From: Halomicronema hongdechloris C2206
GTDB lineage: Bacteria > Cyanobacteriota > Cyanobacteriia > Phormidesmidales > Phormidesmidaceae
Direction of reading: 5' to 3'
NCBI RefSeq assembly: GCF_002075285.3
Contig: NZ_CP021983.2
Coordinates: 3,540,001 to 3,572,000, forward strand
Length of the DNA: 32,000 nucleotides
A program made the translations under genes and the position numbers. Below are positions 1 through 6,745 of the stretch, piece after piece (positions within the stretch are counted from its first letter, which is position 1; each line of letters starts with the position of its first letter). The notes under the pieces were generated by a model. The model was not told where the DNA came from and made no database searches. It saw only the letters and a list, made by a program, of their open reading frames with translations.

Positions 1-52
1 GCCTATCCACCCTGTTTGAGGTAGATATACTGCAACTGTCGATCTAATAAGA

Positions 53-59
53 GTTGGAC
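53..59 (+). repeat. GTTGGAC, the right-hand (R'-type, GTTRRRY) core of an attC-like site whose body lies left of the window
   Basis: It is the exact reverse complement of GTCCAAC at 855-861, the left box of the next attC-like site downstream. Confidence 0.4.
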
Positions 60-95
60 AGCGCTCGAACACGATCGTGAAACGCACAGTGCCCG

Positions 96-899
96 ATGAG
101 AGAAGTGCTATCTGAACACCTAGCCACGTTCATCCGGTCCCTCCCGGAGAAGCGCGAGTACGCCCGCGACGATCTTCTCGTTCCTGCGCTGAAGGTCGCC
201 GAGGATGCCGACAAGGGGCTTGCCGTGTACGACGCTCCGTTCGGCTGGGGCAACCAAGAAGCGCGTGTGGCCCTGATTGGCGTGACGCCGGGTTTCACCC
301 AGATGCAGATTCTCTATCGCGTAGTGCGGAGGCACCTCCTGTTGGGTGCGAGCCCCGAAGACGCTTGCAGGTTGGCCAAGTACGAAGCCAGCTTTGGTGG
401 CACCATGCGCGGGAATCTCGTTCGGATGCTGGACGAGCTCGGGGTGCCGGAACTCCTCGAGGTCGCATCCACCGCCGATCTCTTTGGTTCCAGTTCCCAT
501 CTTCTGCACACCACTTCGGCTGTTCGGTACCCGACGTTCCTCCACGGGCAGAACTACACTGGCAGTCAGCCGCGGCTCGTGAGGTCCGCCTTCTTGATGC
601 GATACGTTCGGGACGTTCTTGCGCCGGAGCTGTCCCGGCTCCATGCTGCAGTCTTCGTTCCACTCGGCAAGAGCGTCGCCGAGGCCTTGGAGCTACTGGA
701 GACCGAGCAGCGCATCCCGGCTGGTCGAACGCTACATGGATTCCCACATCCATCGGGCGCGAACGGTCACCGCGCGCGGCAATTCGAGAAGGGGAAGCCC
801 GCGATGAGGCGGCGGTTCGAGGAGATCTTGTGTGGAGGTGCCTCGGCGGGCGCTGTCCAACAACAGCATGCAGCGGACGGCGCTGCGCGCCGCCGCTGA
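96..899 (+). CDS. Uracil-DNA-glycosylase-superfamily-like protein (267 aa)
   Basis: This long ORF is in G+C-rich DNA. ALIGVTPGF (aa 59-67) sits where the UDG-fold GxxPG motif A lies, and GFPHPSGANGH (aa 215-225) matches the HPS-type motif B. The low-complexity C-terminus runs into attC-like site 855-914, with the stop TGA at 897-899 inside its stem. The overlapping ORFs in other frames are shadows. Confidence 0.55.
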   Translation: MREVLSEHLATFIRSLPEKREYARDDLLVPALKVAEDADKGLAVYDAPFGWGNQEARVALIGVTPGFTQMQILYRVVRRHLLLGASPEDACRLAKYEASFGGTMRGNLVRMLDELGVPELLEVASTADLFGSSSHLLHTTSAVRYPTFLHGQNYTGSQPRLVRSAFLMRYVRDVLAPELSRLHAAVFVPLGKSVAEALELLETEQRIPAGRTLHGFPHPSGANGHRARQFEKGKPAMRRRFEEILCGGASAGAVQQQHAADGAARRR

Positions 900-914
900 T
901 GCCACACGTTATGC
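855..914 (+). repeat. attC-like site D (60 nt)
   Basis: Left box GTCCAAC (855-861) and right box GTTATGC (908-914). Between them, 871-898 folds as CAGCGG-a-CGGCGC / GCGCCG-CCGCTG, a 12-bp stem with one bulged A and a 3-nt loop. It sits exactly at the switch from G+C-rich to AT-rich DNA. Confidence 0.55.
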
Positions 915-1030
915 GGCTTTAACTTTTGGTGGTGAGACGGTATTTGAAGGCTACTGACTAGATGATGCGAGTTTAGAAAAGTCATGGTGAGATAGATCGC
1001 TCTTAGCGAGGAATATGACTTTTGTATAGG

Positions 1031-1876
1031 TTATGTTAAAAAGTTGTAGTGCTCACAAAGCTTCTTCAACTTGCTTATTAATTGATTTTGTACGCTTGCA
1101 GGAGATAAAACTAGACATTCTTCCCCATAACGTAGGATCTCTCGAATAAACCAGAATGTATTTGATACACGTCTAACTATGTAGCGAGCATCGTCCTTTA
1201 CCTCATTGGTTATGTCATCTGGTTTAGGTTCATAAGCTTTTACCAACCTTCCCAATACTTGTAAGTGCACTTCGATATATTCAAGCCGATCTTGCCAACT
1301 GCCACTTGCTGGCAAGACGTTGATAATTCTATCTAAACGGAAGCAACGGTTATGGATTAGCTCGGGTAGATTCAAGCTACCCTCCGTTTCCTCACACCAT
1401 GCTTCTAGATAGAATCGCTTTTCCCAAAAGCGAATTTCGCCGTAGCGAACGGTAAATTCCATCTGTTTGTTTTGAGAGTCTTCATAAAACAGATGAAAAG
1501 GCTGTTTAGCTTTAATTTGCTGATCAATGACTCTACGCCATGATTCAGTAGGATGACTAACTTGTTCCAGCAGTGCCTGGCGTAAAGGTGTCTCTAAATT
1601 GCCATGTTCTAGTAGGAAAAGGGCCAAAGTCTGTGCATCGGCAATATGACCAGAATCAACCAATAGTCTTATAGCTTGTCTGATGGCTGTATTTTGACTT
1701 GGGTCAAGTGCAAGTACACTGCCAACCTCAAGTTGGTGTTGAGCGATCGCCACGACTAACCCTGAAATACTGGGTTTATCGCCCCACATAATGCCTAAGC
1801 CATCAGCTATTGCCTCTAACTGCTCTTTAGTTCCAGGTGGGATGGAAAGTGTGATTGTCTCCTTTCTACGCGCCAT
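1031..1876 (-). CDS. WYL-domain transcriptional regulator with an N-terminal ribbon-helix-helix-like segment (281 aa)
   Basis: The N-terminus TITLSIPPGTKEQLEAIA is RHH-like. A WYL-type core (FTVRYGEIRFWEKRFYLEAWCEE ... RCFRLDRI) is followed by a C-terminal extension, as in BrxR/CapW-class regulators. It is transcribed divergently from the operon starting at 2182. Confidence 0.75.
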   Translation of the reverse strand: MARRKETITLSIPPGTKEQLEAIADGLGIMWGDKPSISGLVVAIAQHQLEVGSVLALDPSQNTAIRQAIRLLVDSGHIADAQTLALFLLEHGNLETPLRQALLEQVSHPTESWRRVIDQQIKAKQPFHLFYEDSQNKQMEFTVRYGEIRFWEKRFYLEAWCEETEGSLNLPELIHNRCFRLDRIINVLPASGSWQDRLEYIEVHLQVLGRLVKAYEPKPDDITNEVKDDARYIVRRVSNTFWFIREILRYGEECLVLSPASVQNQLISKLKKLCEHYNFLT

Positions 1877-2181
1877 TTTAGTTATACTTGCACCTTTCAG
1901 GAAATGTCGTTAGTATACATATATAGTCCATTCTCTCAAAATCTTACCTGAGTTTACTCAATTGTATCACCGTCTCAGTGAGGGATTCCCAGCATTACCC
2001 TGGAAATCAATATCTGCTGTGTGTCAGTGAAGAATCCTGGATCACGTGGATTTACAGAGATACTTCGTGAGAATAACCCTGTTCTTCGGCTTCAGCTAAT
2101 TGAGTCAAGAAGTCTGTAAACCAAAGCTAGCAGTAAACTTCAAACTCATTCACTCGAGTTCAATTCCCAGCGAGGTCTCAA
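1877..2181. promoter_or_regulatory. Divergent intergenic control region (305 bp) between the WYL regulator and the MBL/E2-E1-JAB operon
   Basis: Both genes must be promoted from here. It contains an imperfect palindrome GATTCCCAG-N7-CTGGAAATC (1984-2008) and related half-sites (GAATCCTGG / GTGGATT, about 2031-2055). No promoter boxes are called with confidence. Confidence 0.4.
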
Positions 2182-3327
2182 ATGCACAAAGTTATTTTCT
2201 ATCCAGTACAAAATGGTGATACGAGCCAAATTATTTTGAGTAATGGTAAGCGCCTATTATTTGACTTTCGCCATTTGAATCGTGGGGAGAAGGAGGATGA
2301 TCCTGCTATTGATCTCAAAAGCCAACTAAATAGCGAACTTGCGAAAGCAAAACGCGATTACTTTGATGTTCTAGCTCTTACCCACGCAGATTTGGATCAC
2401 ATCTTGCATAGCACCGAGTTCTTTGAGCTACAGCACAATCCTGCTTATCAAGGCAATGGACGAATCAAGGTTAATGAGTTGTGGGTTCCAGCCGCCATGG
2501 TACTGGAGACAGCTACAACCGAGCAGTGGAAAACAAAAACAGAGTTTGTCCTTTGGCGTCAGGAGGCTCGGCACCGTCTTCTTAGAGGCGAGGGTATTAA
2601 GGTTTTCTCAAAACCGAAAAAGTTGAAAAGCTTCCTTGAGGAAAATGGGCTAACTGTAGAGTCACGTCGTGGCCTAATTGTTGATGCTGGAAAACCAGCT
2701 GTTCCAGGATTCTCTCTTGAGAAAGATGGCGTTGAATTCTTCTGCCATTCTCCATTCGTTAAGCATGTTGATGAAGGCGATGACTTACGAAATGATGCCT
2801 CGCTTATTCTCCAAGTTCGTTTTGAAGTTGCAGGTATTCAAACCAACTACCTTGCTGTGGGGGACTCAACCTGTGGCGTGCTTGAAGATATTGTACACAC
2901 CACTAAAGAGCACGAAAATGAAGACAGATTGGAATGGCATTTGTTTAACATCCCTCATCATTGCAGCCATCACGCCCTGAATTCAGACGACAAAGGTGAT
3001 AAAGAAACAGTTCCCCTTCCTTTAGTGAAAGAACTGCTCATGTACGGTCAATCAGGAGCCTACATTGTGAGTTCAAGCAAGCCAATTCCTGATACTAAAG
3101 GAGCCTACCAACAGGAACTCCCACCCCATATCCAAGCAAGAAAATGCTACGAACGGTACTTGAGGCAGATCGGTGGACGGAGGTTCGTTGTCACTATGGA
3201 GGAGCCGAACGAACGAAAGCCACAGCCTTTGGAGTTTGATATCACCAGCGCAGGAGTCAGTTTGAATACGACTGGAAACTCTGGTGTTAACATCATTGTC
3301 TCTTCTCCAACACCAAGGGCAGGTTAG
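2182..3327 (+). CDS. Metallo-beta-lactamase-fold protein, ComEC/Rec2-like subtype (381 aa), ending in ...PRAG
   Basis: THADLDH (aa 67-73) occupies the HxHxDH position. IPHHCSHH, followed by AYIVSSS...PPH, resembles the HHGS...HP tail of ComEC-type MBL domains. GCGAGG lies about 12 nt upstream of the ATG. The stop TAG (3325-3327) directly abuts the next ATG. Confidence 0.8.
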   Translation: MHKVIFYPVQNGDTSQIILSNGKRLLFDFRHLNRGEKEDDPAIDLKSQLNSELAKAKRDYFDVLALTHADLDHILHSTEFFELQHNPAYQGNGRIKVNELWVPAAMVLETATTEQWKTKTEFVLWRQEARHRLLRGEGIKVFSKPKKLKSFLEENGLTVESRRGLIVDAGKPAVPGFSLEKDGVEFFCHSPFVKHVDEGDDLRNDASLILQVRFEVAGIQTNYLAVGDSTCGVLEDIVHTTKEHENEDRLEWHLFNIPHHCSHHALNSDDKGDKETVPLPLVKELLMYGQSGAYIVSSSKPIPDTKGAYQQELPPHIQARKCYERYLRQIGGRRFVVTMEEPNERKPQPLEFDITSAGVSLNTTGNSGVNIIVSSPTPRAG

Positions 3328-5571
3328 ATGGCAGATACATATACCAACTTTGGTGAGGTAATTTCTGAACTCACCGAAGACACCTTGGTTATCCCAATCT
3401 CGCGTCGAGTTTTTAGAGCTTGTTCTACCCATAATTTATTTGAGCTTATCGAGCTAAGATGTTTTGTTCACGACGGGCAACGCACAGCGGAAATGCTCGT
3501 TGTTGATTGCACTAATGACAGTGTCCCTACCAAAAACGAAATTGGGATCCTCTACCAAGAGCGTATTGGCTTAATCTTCAGTACTGAAGAAACCAAAATG
3601 CCTGAGATACGAGCGTTGCGAAAAGATTTCCCCGTAACCTCACACCAAAATCTTGTTAGAAAGGATGAACCTGCGTCGTTGTGCCTTTATTTTGAACCTT
3701 GGGAAGTAGTGCAACGTTCTTGGACTCCTCGAAGCCATCTTAATCGAGTATTATGGTGGCTTTCTGAAACCGCTAGAGGCACTTTACATCGTGAAGATCA
3801 ACCAGTTGAACCGTTCTATTTTCGCAGTCTCTTCGAGATTATCCTACCTCCAAATTTTGACGAAAAAATTCAGCATCCTGATTTTTTTCTGACGCTCAAA
3901 AGAGTAGAGAATAGAGTCTTTTTAGGATGCTTTTTACAAGCTTCCAGGAAAAAAAGTGTTCAGATAGAGCTAACCTGTCTCGCTATTGCTCTTCAACCAG
4001 TAACTCACGGCTTTATTGAACCTTTTCCATATGATTTAGGAACACTTGACAAGCAATTTTCAGCGCGAGGCGCTACTCTGTTCGATTTGCTTTGTGCTGA
4101 GATCAAGCGTAGCGTGAATGGAGAAGGAACTCCAAAGGTATCTGATAGTAAAACACTTCTTATTTTTCAGATACCTGTTCAACGAAGTGGCAATAGTGTT
4201 GTAGAGCGAAATGAATACAAAGCGTTCTATCTCAACATCAATCTTGGGAAGTTAGGCGAAGCATGCGGTGTGTTAACAGATGGCACAGATGGTAACTACT
4301 ACAATATTCCTGCTTTTGGCGAAGATTTGAGTTCCAATGATGCTTGGCGCTCTATTGACGTTGAACCGATCGAGATTATATTCTCTCTGACTTATGAAAC
4401 TGCACGCCAAGCTTCTGGTATCACTGCTGACACTGCTGAACTTTCTGGTGTTCTTGCAGGTGTTGGGGCACTTGGTAGCAGTCTTGCCGACATCTGGTAT
4501 CGAGAGGCGTGGGGCACCTGGACATTTGTTGATATCGATTACATTAAGCCGCATAATTTAGCCCGACATACAGCTAAACATTTTCAGGTTGGTCAGTTTA
4601 AAGCAAATGCAGTCAAACAAACAGTAGAGGAAACCTATTTTGACGGCTATGCAAAAGCTTCTGCTATTGTCGATAGTGTGACTAATTGGTCAAATGCAGA
4701 CTTGAAGACTGCTGTTGAAAGTGCAGATTTAGTAGTTGATGCAACAACTACGCTTGCAGTGCCGCGTGATTTAGCGATCGCTGACCTTAAACGATCAGCA
4801 TCTATTTTTCTAACTCCTTCTGGACACGACTCTGTTTTACTTCTCGAAGATTCCGATCGGAACGTACGCTTAGATGGACTGGAGGCACAATATTACGAAG
4901 CCATCTTGAATAATGCTTGGGGTGAGCAACATCTGCTTGGACATCAAGGGCATCTTTGGGTTGGTGCAGGATGTCGTGATGTATCAAGTGTGATACCAGT
5001 CGAGCTTCTTCAGCTTCATGCTGCAACACTTGCACGGCAAGTTAGGCTCAGATGTGAGCAACCCGATCCTGTAATCTCGGTATGGCATGTTGAGCAGCTA
5101 TCTGGGACCATTAATGTTCACACAATATCTGTGGCTGCAAACCTAACTGTGGCTGCTAATGGTTGGAACATTATATGGAACGCTCGCTTGCAGGATAAGG
5201 CTAGGCAAATTCGTGCTGCTAATCTTCCAAATGAAACGGGCGGAGTCTTACTCGGCTATTTTGATCAAAAATTACAGTCAATCTTCGTGGTCGATATCCT
5301 CTCTGCTCCCTTAGACAGTGCAGCAGATTCAAGTGGATTTATACGCGGCGTTCAGGGTCTTGAGGAACAGATCAAAATGGCGCAAGCACGGACAGCTAAC
5401 ATTGTGTCCTACATTGGTGAATGGCATTCTCATCCACCAGGAATCTCAGCTAGACCGAGTGGATACGATATCAACCTCTTGAGCTATCTTGCTGAGATTC
5501 TCAATCGTGATGGACTGCCAGGTGTAATGCTCATTGTTGGTGAAAATCAGGAAACATGGTCAATCCGATAA
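3328..5571 (+). CDS. Single-chain E2-like / E1-like (ThiF) / JAB (JAMM) fusion protein (747 aa)
   Basis: E2-like module: SHQN (aa 105-108) then SLCLY, with Cys119 at nt 3682-3684. E1 module: GVGALGS (aa 378-384), FVDIDYIKPHNLARH (aa 400-414) and GAGCRD (Cys549). JAB module: NETGGVLLG (Glu636) and HSHPPGISARPSGYD (aa 700-714, His700 at nt 5425-5427). Confidence 0.85.
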   Translation: MADTYTNFGEVISELTEDTLVIPISRRVFRACSTHNLFELIELRCFVHDGQRTAEMLVVDCTNDSVPTKNEIGILYQERIGLIFSTEETKMPEIRALRKDFPVTSHQNLVRKDEPASLCLYFEPWEVVQRSWTPRSHLNRVLWWLSETARGTLHREDQPVEPFYFRSLFEIILPPNFDEKIQHPDFFLTLKRVENRVFLGCFLQASRKKSVQIELTCLAIALQPVTHGFIEPFPYDLGTLDKQFSARGATLFDLLCAEIKRSVNGEGTPKVSDSKTLLIFQIPVQRSGNSVVERNEYKAFYLNINLGKLGEACGVLTDGTDGNYYNIPAFGEDLSSNDAWRSIDVEPIEIIFSLTYETARQASGITADTAELSGVLAGVGALGSSLADIWYREAWGTWTFVDIDYIKPHNLARHTAKHFQVGQFKANAVKQTVEETYFDGYAKASAIVDSVTNWSNADLKTAVESADLVVDATTTLAVPRDLAIADLKRSASIFLTPSGHDSVLLLEDSDRNVRLDGLEAQYYEAILNNAWGEQHLLGHQGHLWVGAGCRDVSSVIPVELLQLHAATLARQVRLRCEQPDPVISVWHVEQLSGTINVHTISVAANLTVAANGWNIIWNARLQDKARQIRAANLPNETGGVLLGYFDQKLQSIFVVDILSAPLDSAADSSGFIRGVQGLEEQIKMAQARTANIVSYIGEWHSHPPGISARPSGYDINLLSYLAEILNRDGLPGVMLIVGENQETWSIR

Positions 5572-5587
5572 ATACAGGAGTAAACAT

Positions 5588-6376
5588 ATGGTTATAGATT
5601 TTATTGAAAAGAACTTTGATGATTATAACCGCAAGGCTAGACTAGCACCTGCCTTACTTGTTAGTTTACCGATCGCATTGACTGTCATTGCATTTTCCCC
5701 AAATCATGTTTGGTCATGGGGAGGAGTAGCCAGTTTGCTTGCTTGGTTTGGAATACTCAAGCTCTTGGCACAACTTGCTCGTGATATGGGTAAAGCTAAA
5801 GAAGAGGAGTTATACACTGCTTGGGGTGGTAAACCTACAACGTACTTTCTGCGGTACCGTACTACACGAAACAAAGTAAATTTGGCTCGTCAACATAGAA
5901 AGTTACATGAGTTAACAGGGCAGTCTATACCGAATGAAAGCGAAGAATTGGCTAATCCAGATTTAGCAGATCAAATATACGATACGTGTACTCAATTTTT
6001 GCTTTCTAAGACACGCGATCATAGTAAATTTTTTCTGATTTATGAAGAAAATTGCAATTATGGTTTTCGACGAAATTTACTAGGAATGAAATTCCTTGGA
6101 ATTTTAACTTCATCTATAGGTGTGTTTTTTATTGGAGCACAGTGTATTTCCAAAATTGGATTGCTTAATATATTTGCAGCCAGGCAAGTCAATAGTTTAA
6201 TTCAGGCAGGAACGAATTTACAATTCTCTAACTGTTCTTCATTATCAGTTGCTTGTTTACTGGTAAATTTTTTTCTGCTTATCGCCTGGTTATTGTGGAT
6301 CAATTCGGGTTGGGTGAAAATAGCAGCTGATGCATATGCGATCAGGCTACTTGAATCTTGTGAAAATTTACCCTAA
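5588..6376 (+). CDS. Membrane protein with about four predicted TM helices (262 aa), last gene of the operon
   Basis: The ATG at 5588 is preceded by AGGAG (5576-5580). The 5534 start in the ORF track would overlap the previous gene and has no RBS. Hydrophobic segments are LAPALLVSLPIALTVIAF, GGVASLLAWFGILKLLAQL, FLGILTSSIGVFFIGAQ and LSVACLLVNFFLLIAWLLWI. I recognise no family. Confidence 0.7.
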   Translation: MVIDFIEKNFDDYNRKARLAPALLVSLPIALTVIAFSPNHVWSWGGVASLLAWFGILKLLAQLARDMGKAKEEELYTAWGGKPTTYFLRYRTTRNKVNLARQHRKLHELTGQSIPNESEELANPDLADQIYDTCTQFLLSKTRDHSKFFLIYEENCNYGFRRNLLGMKFLGILTSSIGVFFIGAQCISKIGLLNIFAARQVNSLIQAGTNLQFSNCSSLSVACLLVNFFLLIAWLLWINSGWVKIAADAYAIRLLESCENLP

Positions 6377-6469
6377 TGCTTCCTAAAGTTAGGTTTCTGC
6401 GCTATTTATAATGTTGAGTAACTCAGGCTGAATTGCGGTTTGTAGTTGCGAATCAGGCAAGCGCCAGCC

Positions 6470-6557
6470 ACATAACATTGCGCTGAACCGGAACGGAGCG
6501 TAAGCTTTCTGCTAAGTTGCAAAGGCTGTCGCCGTCCGGTTAGCTTAAACGTTAGAC
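6470..6557 (+). repeat. attC-like site A (88 nt)
   Basis: Left box ACATAAC (6470-6476) and right box GTTAGAC (6551-6557). The stem is AACCGG-a-ACGG (6486-6496) / CCGT-CCGGTT (6532-6541), with the same bulged-A architecture as sites D and B. It shares about 100 nt of similarity with sites B and C. Confidence 0.55.
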
Positions 6558-6745
6558 CGCTTAGCCCCAGTGGAGACAGTAACCTAAAAATCAAGCAAAC
6601 GTTCAATAATTGGTGAAAATAAAACCAAGGAGCTATCAAGGAATTTGACAGTGCAATTTAAATCTTGTTGTACTGTCCTCGTTTTCGAGAGTAAGATTTA
6701 AAGAAGATTTTTATCCCACTGTTCAAATACAGGGAGAGTGTAAAA

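Noticed and set aside
44-985. Multiple overlapping ORFs on both strands (for example 120-644 -, 295-753 -, 365-922 +, 767-985 -) around the UDG-fold gene
   Set aside because: They are Arg/Pro/Ala/Gly-rich translations typical of alternative-frame shadows in G+C-rich coding DNA. Only the 96-899 frame shows recognisable motifs.
2130-2181. tRNA-like fragment (GAGTTCAATTCCCAG) as a possible integration att site
   Set aside because: The T-arm-like string has no complementary stem and no acceptor or anticodon arms nearby. I recognised no tRNA or rRNA anywhere in the window.
2423-5035. Internal or antisense ORFs within the MBL and E2-E1-JAB genes (2423-2626, 2678-2980, 3073-3432 -, 4273-4554 -, 4802-5035 -)
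   Set aside because: They lie entirely inside strongly supported longer genes and have no motifs or RBS. I also checked them as possible hidden Ubl genes and found no beta-grasp-like sequence or C-terminal GG.
5534-5587. Upstream ATG giving a 280-aa version of the TM protein
   Set aside because: It would overlap the E2-E1-JAB stop by 38 nt and lacks an RBS. The ATG at 5588 has AGGAG at the ideal distance.
6406-6639. 77-aa ORF on the minus strand
   Set aside because: It spans attC-like site A, has no homology features, and is most likely a chance ORF across a repeat.
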